DNA from: Octopus vulgaris
Taxonomy: Eukaryota
Direction: 5' to 3'
Assembly (NCBI GenBank): GCA_951406725.2
Contig: OX597815.1
Coordinates: 133,238,001 to 133,302,000, forward strand
DNA length: 64,000 bases
Shown here: positions 26,374-39,435 of the stretch, in pieces
Numbering within the stretch: the first letter of the stretch is position 1
How the letters are laid out: each line of letters begins with the position of its first letter
Made by a program: the position numbers and the translations under genes
The notes under the pieces: generated by a model
The model's input: the letters and a program-made list of their open reading frames with translations, nothing else
Databases searched by the model: none
What the model was told of the DNA's origin: nothing

Positions 26374-28286
26374 TCACGCACATGCATACATGCACACACA
26401 AACATATTTCGTATATACATATTATTGTTATCCCTTTTCTCATGGTACTTTAGCGCGGACACATCAATTCTCCGTTAAGCAATATGCAATACTCCTAAGT
26501 TATTTGCTTTTCAATATCCCTGACGTGCGTTGCCGCCGTCAATGTGGTGTAGCGTAAAAGGTTGTATTCCCTAAGCATTTAGAATAGGAAGATACGAAGT
26601 ATATTTCTCATAAACCAATAACAGAGGATAGCTGCTTACCCACTTAATCTGATCGAAAAGATCATCTTTCAAGTTTCCAATAATGTTAGCGAATTACTTT
26701 TGAATCATGCGAAGAGAGAATGTCACGATACATCTGTAATTAAATAACGGACTGATAATAAAACACTCGTTGTAATCATCATTGAAACTATTAATATGTT
26801 TTTGCTTTTTGTTTCTTATTATTATTTCTAATAAGCCAAAAGAACATACACCATTCTGCGCACTCTCACGTATGTAGATCCAAATACGCCTCACACATAC
26901 ACACATTTATACTCTAAGGCATAATACATTAGACGCAGTTCTTTTAAGCATGAACTATGGGAATTTATTCATACATTTACTGCCAAATATTCTAAATTAC
27001 TGTACTTACGTTTTATGCAACACCTGTTTGATCTACACACATACGCACACATCTATATATACATATGCATGAATATACATCACACACTTGTGAAAATAAA
27101 CTTATGGACATATACTATAGTCATTGCCTCACAAAGCGATCCTATCAATATTCAACTGTGTTCTTTTTGCTAACCAATATATTTTCTAAATTGAAATAAC
27201 ACCTACGACATACCATAAAAACACAAATATCAGGCAAACGAAATAACATTCAGTTTTCGTTTATTGCTTTTGGACACTTAATGTGTCGGCTGCGCCCTTC
27301 ATTTGTAGTGTGTTGTCTCTTCTGAATGTTGTCAGCTTAATGTGCTGGTAACAGTGCCTATCTTTTGTACTTATCTCTCTGTTTCTCCCAAAGTGGCGAA
27401 TGTTCAACTGTTCTAGCTCTCTCTTTTTTTTCTCTCTCTCTCTCTCTCTCTTTATCTCTCTTTCTCTCTCGCTTTCTCTTTCTCTCTCGTTCTCTCTCTC
27501 TTTCTCTCGTTCTCTTTCTCTCTCTTCTTCCTTCTCTCTCTCTTCCCCTGTCTCTCCCCCTCTCATTTGACCGTCGGTTTCTGTACATTCACACGTAAAC
27601 CTTCATATATACACAATCCTGTTTATACAGTATATGACGATGTTATATGTAGTCACCATTAAGAGCCGACAACGGATTATTTACTGTCATGCAATATACA
27701 AGAAAGACCAGCCAAATCGCCCCCAAATCACACTCTACTCTCTTAGAAAGAAAATGACACATTGGATAATATGAACCTGGGTGAACTGGCCAGGAAAGTA
27801 CAAGATGGTCACATTTTGAAGCGCCTTTGATCAATAACCTACTTGTTCAAGGTGGACCTGGAGCAATCAACATCAACTACGACTGAATTGAAATTCAATA
27901 ATTAAATGAATTGATGTGGCCTCTGTCGCTTTGAATGAACAAAACAGAACGTGGGTCAGGTAAACAAGAACAGACGTTACGATCGTTTCTGTAGGGAAGC
28001 TAGACATGAAGTCTATTATTACTTTGAACTTCTTGTTCAAATATTTCTAAACTATTGTACATATAATCATTATTTAGAGTATATTAGGTTGATAAACAAT
28101 TTCGTTAATTCTAATATCATATCTTGATGCAGAAATACGTGGCGTGTTTTAAAAACCTGCACATTTAAAGTATCGCTAAGCATGAAACTATTTGTAACTC
28201 TTCCGTAATTGTGTATTAAATAAGAATTTTCCTTTCTCTGGGTGGAGTACATTTTTCTTGAATTTACCTATACTATATCTGTAAAC

Positions 28287-28434
<148 letters not shown>

Positions 28435-29670
28435 CAGATGTCGATCCAGGTTCATTAAATATAACAAGATTGTCACATCTCCTACAGAAGACGTTCATAG
28501 TCAATAGATGTGGGTATTTACTAAGTGAATAAATAATAGAATGTGTCAAATAAAGCCCAAAGTTATTCACTTGATCTCACTTGATTCTTGTCATCTTCAT
28601 CATCGCCATGACGTCCGAGGTTTACTACTATGCCAATGTAAAAAAACTTCAGCATGCACCCTGACATATTCTGGCACAAAAGTATAAAATCCTCCTAAGC
28701 TATCTATTTCTAATATCTGCGCATTGAAAGGCGGCAATCCGGCTGAAGTATTATCACGCTGGACAGAATACTGAGTAGCATTTCTTTCCACTTTATGCTT
28801 TAAGCTCAAATTCAACTGAGGTCCACTTTGCCCTTCGTCCTTACAGAGTTTATAAAATAAGTTCAAGTTGAGAATAAGTGTGAGCACGCGTGTCATTGCG
28901 TTTGTCCGACTCCCACGACATCGCTGTCCATCTATAGGCACAGGTATGGCTGTGCGGTTAAGAAGCTCGCTTTGCAACCACGTGGTTTCGAGTTCGGTCT
29001 CACTGCGCGACACCCTGGCCGAGTGTCTTTTAGTATAACCCCAAACCGAACAATGCCTTCAGAGTAAATTTGGTAGAAGGAAAATGCTTGAAAGACAGCC
29101 GTGTAGGGGGCGGCGTTCTTGTCCCATACACCGCTTGGCAACTAATATTGGCTTGCTACATCCACGTAACTCAGCGTTTCGGCAAAAGAAGCCAGCAGAA
29201 TAAGTTCTAGACTTAAAAAAATACATCCTGGGGTCAATTTGTTCGGCAAAACCTTTCAAGGTAGTTCTCCAGCATAGCCAAAATCCAATGACTGAAAACA
29301 ATGAAAAATAAAGATCCTATTCTAAATAGATATAACCGACGAGACTATTTAGCTTCAAACCCGACAATGGATAACAAAACAAAAAGAAGAGAATGCTTGC
29401 TCTATGACTTATATGCAAAGAGATTTCACCCTATTTGCATATAAGCCATAGACAAACGATTCACTTGACTTCGAGACGGCCATAGTACATTGTACTCATT
29501 CTTGGTGATTACGAGACAAGTTGTTTTTGGTGGTCTATGACATTCAAGTATTCTTTAAACTCGACGTCGTTTGAGGAGTTCTCTCCGGACGCTATAATCC
29601 GCAACAAATTTGATGTATATCACCAAAATACATGCACTATGTAAGTTCGACCGATCAGATATATACGTAT

Positions 29671-30650
29671 ATGAAGGAGTCCCTAATTTGCATACCGAAA
29701 ATGTTTAACCCCTCTATAAACTGTTTAAATACTCAACAAATGCAACAGTTATTCGATGAAGGAGTCCCTAATTTGCATACCGAAAATTTTTAACCCCTCT
29801 ATAAACTGTTTAAATACTCAACAAATGCAGTAGTTATTCGATGAAGGAGTCCCTAATTTGCATACCGAAAATTTTTAACTCTCTATAAACTGTTTAAATA
29901 CTCATCAAGTGCAGCAGTTATTCTATGTAGGAGTCCCTAATTTGCATACCGATAATTTTTAACACTCTATAAACTGTATATATACTGAACAAATGCAGCA
30001 GTTATTCGATGAAGGAGTCCCTAATTTGCATAACGAAAATTTTTAACCCCTCTATAAAATGTATATAGACTCAACAAATGCAGCAGTTATTCTATGCAGG
30101 AATCCATAATTTGCATACCGAATATATTTAACACTCTATAAACTGTTTATATTCTCAACAAATGCAGTAGTTATTCGATGAAGGAGTCCCTAATTTGCAT
30201 ACCGAAAATTTTTAACTCTCTATAAACTGTTTAAATACTCATCAAATGCAGCAGTTATTCTATGTAGGAGTCCCTAATTTGCATACCGATAATTTTTAAC
30301 ACTCTATAAACTGTATATATACTCAACAAATGCAGCAGTTATTCTATGAAGGAGCCCCTAATTTGCATACCGAAATTTTTTAACACTCTATAAACTGTAT
30401 ATATACTGAACAAATGCAGCAGTTATTCGATGAAGGAGTCCCTAATTTGCATAACGAAAATTTTTAACCCCTCTATAAAATGTATATAGACTCAACAAAT
30501 GCAGCAGTTATTCTATGCAGGAATCCATAATTTGCATACCGAATATATTTAACACTCTATAAACTGTTTATATTCTCAACAAATGCAGTAGTTATTCGAT
30601 GATGGAGTCCCTAATTTGCATACCGAAAATTTTTAACCGCTCTATAAACT
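29671..30650. repeat. ~84-85 bp tandem satellite, ~11.5 copies
   Basis: Unit ATGAAGGAGTCCCTAATTTGCATACCGAAAATTTTTAACCCCTCTATAAACTGTTTAAATACTCAACAAATGCAGCAGTTATTCG starts at 29671, 29756, 29841, 29925 and so on. Confidence 0.95.
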
Positions 30651-31153
30651 TTCTACTCTGAGTTTCACTTCACGTTGGGCTATCCAGTCATGAATAACCC
30701 AGCTTGTCAATTTTTGATATAATAAACAAATCTATCGGCTCAGCCCAACGCATTGAGTATCTACACTATTCTTTTATAGCTTCAGCCAGGTGACTGTGGT
30801 CATGCTGGAGCACTACCATGAGACAAAAGCAATCGTTAGCACGAGTGTAAAGTATATTTTAATATTTCTTTCTATTCCTCAAAAGCGGTGAGCTGGCAGA
30901 ATCGTTTGCACGCCGGGCAAAATGCTTAGCGGCATGTTGTCCGCCTTTACGTGTTGAGTTCAAATTTTTCCGGGGTCGACTTTGCCTTCCATCCTAACGT
31001 GATCGATAAAATAAGTACCAGGTGAGCATTGAGGTCAATAAAATAAGCACTAGTTGAGGTCTAGAGTCGATGTAATCGACTTACCCTCTCCCTCGAAATT
31101 GCTGGCCTTGTGCCAGAATTTGAAGCCAATATTCTTCACAACTTTTACTTTAT

Positions 31154-31211
<58 letters not shown>

Positions 31212-31243
31212 GATAGATAGGTAGATAGATAGATAGATAGATA

Positions 31244-32519
31244 TGTTTCTTTATTAGCCACACAGGGCTGCACACAGATAGAACAAATTACAAGGTAGAG
31301 CTTTTCTTTTGAAGGTTTAAAAAAATTTTTTTAAATAAAAAATAAAAAAATAAAATAAAAATAAAATAAAAAAGGGGGGGTCGATCAAAAGGGATCGTAA
31401 AAGGAGAGAAAGAGGACAAAAAAAAGGGGGGGTTAAAAAAAATGGGGGAGAGGAAAAAAATTGATCAATAGGGATCGTTATCACAGAAATGTCAATATGA
31501 AGTGTAAAGGGGAGGACAGGTGAGGTTTACCCGTGGAAAGAAAAGCCTACGGAAAAGACCACGGTAACCTCGGTCAATGAAGTCACATGTTATATTTCTT
31601 TTTTTTTTTTATTTGCAAATAAGCAACTCTCTGTATTAATTTTTACGGTTCATAGAATCATAGTCAAGGTGGCTTCGTCATTCATACGTGCCATCCTTGC
31701 TACATTCACCCATCTTTTTTTAAAACATTCACTAGACAAAACTTGCCTCTCTACTCTCACTTTTTCTTCAAGTGATACTTGAAGAAGTTGATGAGAGATT
31801 GACCAGAGAGGAAAGTGTTTGTCTCTAATCCTTTCAGACGCGTCCACCAGATACATTCTTTCGCCATAGCCACAAGTATGATAAAAATAGCTCTTCCTTC
31901 CCGTTTGAAGGAAGGAGGCGTGACGATATTAACGATAGACTCGGCTGATAAACCGACACGTCCCACACGTGACAGCAGTCGTTCGACATAAGCCCACAGG
32001 TGGGAAATTGCTGGACACTGCACGATTGCGTGCAGAGCGGTTTCGTCGCTCTGCCCGCATCTCGGGCAGGTCGGCCCCGTGTTTCTCGAGCCATGCCTAT
32101 AGAGCTTATCCCGAACGGGTAGCGCTTCTCGGTAGCACCGCCAGGCCAGGGATCTCTGGAAGTTGTCCATAGGTCCCGGGCCGAAAGTCGTTTGAAACAG
32201 GCGGGTCAGGTATTCCTCGTCGACGCCCAGGTTTGCCCCGAGCTCGTCGTCGTACCTCCCCTCCACTAATCCCCTATAGAATGCTTTGGTTGTGTTGAAG
32301 TCACTCAAGGTCGACCCGGGACGGCAGAGTTGCTTGAGAGCAACGCGACACTCGCGGTGCCATTCGCCCTTCTTCGGCCTCTTTTTGATCCACGACTGTA
32401 GTTCGGTCATGGAGACGAGTTGCGGGAATGCGTGCCTCACAAACGGCGACCACACCTGTTCACCGTCGTCTACATAGAGCCGGAGATGTCGCAGTCTCAG
32501 CGCGTGTCTGCGCATCATC

Positions 32520-32520
<1 letters not shown>
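31244..32520 (-). mobile_element. Tx1-clade LINE 3' portion (zinc-finger C-terminus + 3' UTR) inserted in (GATA)n
   Basis: Frame reads RRHALRLRHL...LAWRCYREALPVRDKLYRHG...CPRCGQSDETALHAIVQCP...FFKYHL. The 3' UTR ends AATAAAGAAACA(TATC)n. GATA arrays lie at 31154-31243 and 32521-32602. Confidence 0.85.
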
Positions 32521-32589
<69 letters not shown>

Positions 32590-33910
32590 TGATAGATAGA
32601 TAGTGCGTAATGTATGGATATGAAGAGTGTAAGGTGAAAGATGATAAAAGTGCAAAAATTCTTGAATGAATCATTTTATTGACGCCTCAGTGTAATATGT
32701 CTCTTTGGCAAGATTCATCTCCATATTTAATATTCTAAGCACGCTTCAATATTCCTAGATCGTTTTCAAATTGATTTGATCTACGAAATCTTTCCCAATA
32801 ATAGATTTCACATATTGGCACAATGCCAGAATGAAAGACATCTTTGAGTACTGACGGAATTTGAAATCGGAACTTAACACAATAACGCCGTAGGACAAGT
32901 AATTTGGCGCTCTACCAATTGCGTTTCTTTATCGTGCTCTTCCTTTTCATTATAGTATGTTTTATCATAGTTTGATGACACACTTTATTGCTTAGAATAT
33001 TTGTTAACCACTGGTAGTTCATTTCTTTTTATACTATGAGATCAACGAACGTCTCCTAGAGAATCACATGTCAAGAACATAGTGCTTGTCATGTTATTAT
33101 CGCAATAATGTACAGTGGTGGTTTCTTGTTGCCCTACTCCAGGTATTTTTTACAAGACATCATCTAATCAGCTAGATACAGACCACGTATGCTTTGGTAC
33201 TTAGAACATAAAAACCCGAAGCAAATACTCTAAAAGTTCCGTCATCACATCGCCCCTTGGCAAGTATTGTATGGAATTCAAACGTTGGAATAAATATTGC
33301 AAAGCATTTTATCACACGCTCTAACGCATCTTATAAGCCGCCACTTTACGTACAATCTATAACTTCAAAAATTAAATAAATTTATTGTTAATATATTTCT
33401 TTCTACGATAGACAGAAAGCCTGAAATTTTGGAGGAAGCGGTTACTTGATTACATCGATTTCCGTGTGCTTAGCTGGTACTTACTTTAGCGATCGATGGA
33501 TAAAAGGTAAAGTCGATCTCGGCGGAGTTCGAACACAGAATGTAAAGCTTAAGGAACTGTGGTTAAGTATTTTCCCAACATGCTAACGATTTTGCTCGCT
33601 AGCTGCCCTTGCTGATATATTGGTTTCAAATTTTGGCACAAGACCAGCAATTTCGGGGCAAAGGACTTGTCAATTACATCGGACCCAGTACTTAACTGGT
33701 GCTTATTTTATCGACCCCGAAAGGATGAAAGTCAAAGTCGATCTCGGTGGAATTTGAACTCAGAGCTTTAAAGCCACATGGCTCTGGGTTCAGTCCCACT
33801 GCGTGGCACCTTGGGCAAGTGTCTTTTACTATAACCTCGGGCCGAACAAAGCCTTCTGAGTGGATTTGATAGTCGGAAACTAAAAGAAGCCTACTGTATG
33901 CGTGTGTGTG

Positions 33911-33973
<63 letters not shown>

Positions 33974-34747
33974 TTCCCCCAAACATCGCTTGACAACCGA
34001 TGTTGGTGTGTCAGCGTCTCCGTAACTTAGCAGTTCGGCAAAAGAGACAGATAGAATAAGTACTAGGCTTACAAAAAATAACTTCTGGGGTCGATTTGTT
34101 TGACTAAAAGGCGGTGCGCTAGCATGGCCACAGTCAAATGACTAAAACAAATAAAAGAGTGAGCATTTTTCCGGCGTGCTAACGATTCTACCACCTTACC
34201 GCCTTTGTTAATATATTAAAATCAATTTCTGGGTTCAACTTCCGCCGACATCAACTTTGCCTTTCATTCCTTTTGGGGGTCGATAAAATAAGCCCTAGTC
34301 AAATACTGGGATCGGCGTAATCAACTTTATGCTTCCACCGAACTTGCTGACCCTGAGCCAAAATTTCAAATCAACATATCAAAATCAATTTATTGATGTA
34401 CTTTCCCAAGTTGCTGACCAGTTTTTCCCATTCGCGTCGAGCAAATCGACTCAGGACTTATTTTTTGTAAGACTAGTACTTATTCTATCGGTCTCTTTTG
34501 CCGAACCGCTAAGCTACGGAGACGTAAACACACCAGCATCGGTCAAGCGATGTTGGGAGGACAAACACAGACACACACATACATATATATATACATATAT
34601 ACGACGGGCTTCTTTCAGTTTCCGTCTACTAAATCCACTCAACAAGGCTTTGGTCGGCCCGAGGCTATAGTAGAAGACTGAACCCTGAACCATGTGGTCG
34701 GTAAGCAAGCTACTTACCACACAGCCACTCCTACGCCTATGTATGTC

Positions 34748-34801
<54 letters not shown>

Positions 34802-34871
34802 CACGTATATGTGTATAAAGATATATATATATATACGTATATGTGTATAAATTTAGATAGATAGATGGATG

Positions 34872-34951
<80 letters not shown>

Positions 34952-34990
34952 TAGATTTATATATACATACACACACACGCGTGTGTATGT

Positions 34991-35645
34991 GTGGATCTTT
35001 TCGCGGGTGCCTGTCAGCGTGCTTTGGAGCGGTTCAACTTCTCCAGGCGCCACCCCCGCCTCAACATCTCCCCGGCCGAGCTCTCGGCTCTTCGTTCCCT
35101 CCGACGGCGCGCTGACATTGTCATTAAACCGGCCGACAAGGGTGGAGCTGTGGTGGTGTGGCGCGCGGACCTCTACAGGGCCGAGGCGCTCCGCCAATTC
35201 AATGACACCTCCTTCTACTCCCCTCTGTCCTCTGACCCCACGCTTAGCTACCAACAGACGGTCTCCTCTACTGTCCACGACCTCATCTCGTCTTCCCGTC
35301 TCCCCCACACCGCATCCAACATCATTGTCCGAACCCTACGCACCCCCACCATTTACTTCCTCCCCAAAATCCACAAACCCAACAACCCTGGCCGCCCCGT
35401 CGTCTCCGCCTGCAACTGCCCAAGAGAAAGAGGATAAAAAAAAGAGGACGCCATGATAGATCGTTAACTCCTACACGCATTTTTTTCTCTCCTTGTTTTT
35501 TTCTGTGTATCCTTCTGTCGAAGAGCGTAGGCTCGAAACGTAAAAGACTTTTTCTATTTCTATTCCTGAACGCTATACTAATACATTTGTTTGTTTGTAC
35601 TCCACCTGCCTTCGTCTTTTGTTTATTTTCGTAAACTTTCCCTTT
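34991..35645 (+). mobile_element. Penelope-like RT N-terminal fragment joined to a pseudo-LTR-like 3' segment
   Basis: ELSALRSLRRRADIVIKPADKGGAVVVW and YFLPKIHKPNNPGRPVVS are hallmark PLE motifs. The downstream non-coding part has a hammerhead-like motif at 35510-35548. Confidence 0.85.
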
Positions 35646-35662
35646 ATATATGTATGTATGCA

Positions 35663-36247
35663 TAGTAATGCCTCGATATACAAGTTAATTTGTTCCCAGA
35701 GACCGCTCGTAAAACAAAGACTCGTAAAGCAGAGCAATAATTTCCCATGGTAGCAATATTATACATCGTAATTCCTCCCAGAAAAATATTTTCCCTATAA
35801 TATTTAAAATACTCATAAATAAATGGCAATAAAACAACAGTGGAATGTAAAGAATATTTTACGTAAAGTAAAAAGAATGTCAAGATCATTTATAATTAAA
35901 AAAAATTATTATTATTATCGTTTTCTGAATCACTTTCACTCGCATTAGACTCGAACACACCATCACTTGTAGACGTGATCACCAATTCACAAGCACTCGT
36001 AGACAGACTTGTAGATTTCTTTTTTAAAAAACAAGTCTAGAATTGCTTGCTTAGAAGAAGCTTCTTTTTTTCGCCACTATAAATTTCTCGGTAACACGCA
36101 GAAGCATTTATTATGGTAGTAAAAACTTTTGCACTTTGTTCAAAATTTGGATCTTGTGCTTGAAAAATTTCAGCTCAAAGTGAGCTGAAAAATAAAACTC
36201 GTAAACCCGGTGGTCTCGTAAAGCGGGTCCTCGTAAAATAAAGTATG
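35663..36247. mobile_element. Possible pogo/Tigger-like MITE
   Basis: Left end TAGTAATGCCTCGATATACAAG, with repeated CTCGTAAA subterminal motifs at both ends. The right TIR is degenerate. Confidence 0.35.
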
Positions 36248-38334
36248 TATGTATGTATGTATGTATGTATGTATGTATGTATGTATGTGGTTGTGTTCTT
36301 TATGTCAATGTGTTTTGTTCTGCTTAACTGTAAATATTCGTCGCTCAGACACAGGTTAACCAACGATAAACTTTAATTCTTTGATGTACATTAACCAAAA
36401 TGCTGATTAGAAAATTCTGAGTGTGTGGCGAGTATCATACTGATATTTGCAATTCCCAGTCTGTGGCCCCTTGTAGCAGTTTCACTTCACTTATAACGTG
36501 AATTCTCTCGAGAAGAGAAGTTATATATCCCATATTCACCTCTATTGAAGTCATTCCGGTCGAATACCCATTTGTTGGATGGATACCACTAATCCTGAAA
36601 GACCAACTAAATGACTAAGTACATACGATGGTAAATAAATAGTTTTATGTGTGTGTCTGCATGCAAAAGAGGGAGGAAAGGGATTAGATGAAACGAAAAT
36701 GAAAGAATGATAGACAAACTAACATATGTTATTATGTACACAGAGAAACAGTTGGAAACAGAAGGAATGAAATTGACGGAAAAACTCATCAAGCAGAACT
36801 TTAATGGCTTCGGCAAATATGAAAATTGCAAATCTGAATAAGTACAACATACGATGCAAATCTCCAGCCAGTTGGATTATGCTTTACACGAAGTGATCGA
36901 AATGGTGAAAGAGCAAAATGAAAAAGTAAAGAGAAAATATTATAGAGTTAGTTTACCATCGATGATGACGTATTTGCTCGGTGTTGTTGTTATTTAACCC
37001 CCATGAAGACATTATGATCAAAAGCATTCAAATTGTAACCAGTTATTTTTTTTTTCCTTCTTCATTTTAGGCTTGATGCATGTAGAACTCGAATATGCAG
37101 TAGATAGTTTCCTTTTAAGAAGCTAAGATGAGATTTTAGGGAGATTTGGCTGCTAATCGATGATATTCCAACTGAATCCATTTCATTTTCTGTTGTTGTT
37201 TTTTACCCACAAACGGCATACTCAATTATCTAGTCTCATCTTTCACTAAAACGGTAGGTGAGGAGGCATATTTGAGGAATGGCAGTTACTAGAGAATAAT
37301 ACAACAATAAATTTCAATGTTTTCCATTCTTCATTTCATTTTCGTTGGTGAAATCTTAAATTGCATTTGTGAGCAGTTAAATATGGAGAACATTTTTTCG
37401 ACTTCTTTTCAATTTTACAAAAACAAAGCATTGCTATTCAATTGAAGAAGGATAGGTCGAATTTTCTAACATCGTATAGAAATCTTCATCGTATAGAAAT
37501 CTTCATCGTATAATTCCAATCTTTGTATATCCACTAATGTATCTCTTTAATATATGGTTTTGCTTAAATAAGCTTACCAAATACGGATTGTTGTTCAATT
37601 TTAAAAATGTTGGTCGAAGTTTCTCTCTACATAGTTCCTCTTAAATCAGGCCATGACAAACCAGTAAACAATTTAAGCATGCGTTAGATAACCAAGATTA
37701 GCGAAACACTAAAGGCTTGATTTTTTTCCAAATCTACATATTTCATGGTGCATGTTGTATATCATAACATTTTTTCCCTTTTAATAAATAAAAGAAATCT
37801 TGAAATTTTAAACTTTCCAGTTACCACAGTCCATCGTAATTTATTTATATTACTTACTGCTATTTAGTGTTAAATTAATGTACTTTAAAACTAAGTTATA
37901 TTTAATATAGCTATGACATCTGACTTGGATAACATGAAAAAAAAACGGAATTATTTTATAATCAATACTTACGTCTCAATATTTTGTGACTGAACCCGTT
38001 ACTTGTCCAAAGCATTTTCATAAGCATGTCACAAACGTTCATGCTTGTTTTAGGGTTACTCTTGTTTCATGCCAGAGTAAATATTTCCTCTCATAAGTCT
38101 AATGTTATTTTATTCGTTAAAAAAAAGGAATATTATTGCTCGACCATGCTCGGGGCATCGTTTGGCCTATCTATACGATATATTTTTTCTCTGTGGACAA
38201 ATGGATTATGTGTGGTTAATATTGTGCATCCATTTCAAATTCCACTGAGGCTGACTTTGCCTTTCATCTTTTCAGGGTCGATAAAATAAGTAAGAGATGA
38301 TCACTGGAGTTGATATAAACGATTTAGCCCCACA

Positions 38335-39198
38335 CGAAGTCTGATCAATAAGTATCCGGACTGTTGCCATAGTTACGAAGCTAAAGCACGCAGTGTGAAG
38401 CCGCTTGGCGAAGATTGACCGTGAACTTTGCTGTGAATGCGCACGAAGTTTTAACGTTCTAGCTCACTTCTGCTGTTTACAACAGTGCTTGAAAGGAACG
38501 TGTGTAGCGTTTGATCGTCGCATTCACCATGACAGAAAGTTGTGATGACAATACCTGCTCAGAGCCCTACGCAAAGTTGCAGAAAGTGTATGGAGAGGAG
38601 TGCATGAGCCGCACACAAGTGTACGAGTAGTTCAGATATTTCCAAGTTAGCAGAAAAAATGTCGATATTGACGAGCGTTCTGGGTGACCCGGAACCAGCA
38701 GAACTGAGTAAAACATCGCAGATGTGCGTGCAGTTGTGAGGGGAAAATCGTTAAATCACTACCCGTGAATTATGAGAAGATGTGCAGATTAGTTACAGTT
38801 CAGTCCATTATCACAGAAGATTTGGGTACGGGACGCGTGTCTGCCAAGTTTGTGACAAAACTGCTTTCAGCTGACCAAAAGGACACTCGGGTTTCAGTTG
38901 CACAAGATCTCCTTGGTTGTGTCGAGAACGATGAAAACTTTTTGAAAACTGCGTAGGCCTCTGAGCAAGTATCGCCAAGCTTTTGGCAAAATTTGATGCA
39001 GATTCTCTGGTCAACTTTCTCTGTCATGGTCAGTGCGATGATTACACGCTACACACCTTCCTTCCAAGCACTGCTGTAAACAGCGGAAGTGAGCATGTGC
39101 AATAGGGTTCAAGGTCAATCTGTGCAAAGCGTCTTCTCTCCGTGTGCTTTAGCTTCGTTACTATGGCAACAGTGCAGATACTTATTGATCAGACCACT
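38335..39198. mobile_element. Mariner-derived non-autonomous element with long inverted ends
   Basis: TIR GTCTGATCAATAAGTATC..ACTGTTGCCATAGT at both ends. Transposase remnants MTEKVDQRICIKFCQKLG (minus) and KLQKVYGEECMSRTQVYE..DERSG.P, RVSAKFVTKLL (plus). Confidence 0.85.
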
Positions 39199-39391
39199 TA
39201 CATACAGACAGTGCAGGCTATCATATCTGAGGTTGTGAACTAAAAATATTTTCTCGTTAATTGAGATTATAATTCTAATGAAAACAAAAGTCATCAACGC
39301 CAATGAAAATTATTTTCAGAAAGTGCAAGGGAGAAAACTACTGAAATTTCAATCAGTAAAAGTATTAAATAAAGATTTGAAGTGTTATGGA

Positions 39392-39435
39392 AATATCAGA
39401 CATGTTTCGATCTGATTAGACCTCGTCAGTGAATT
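39392..39435 (-). ncRNA. Minimal type I hammerhead ribozyme
   Basis: Minus strand reads AAUUCA-CUGACGA-GGUCU(AAUC)AGAUC-GAAA-C(AU)GUC-UGAuAUU. It has a complete core, a 5-bp stem II, a palindromic ACAUGU stem III and a GUC site. Confidence 0.7.

Noticed and set aside
29671-30650. Regular repeat array resembling CRISPR
   Set aside because: Whole units repeat with no unique spacers, there are no cas genes, and the context is eukaryotic.
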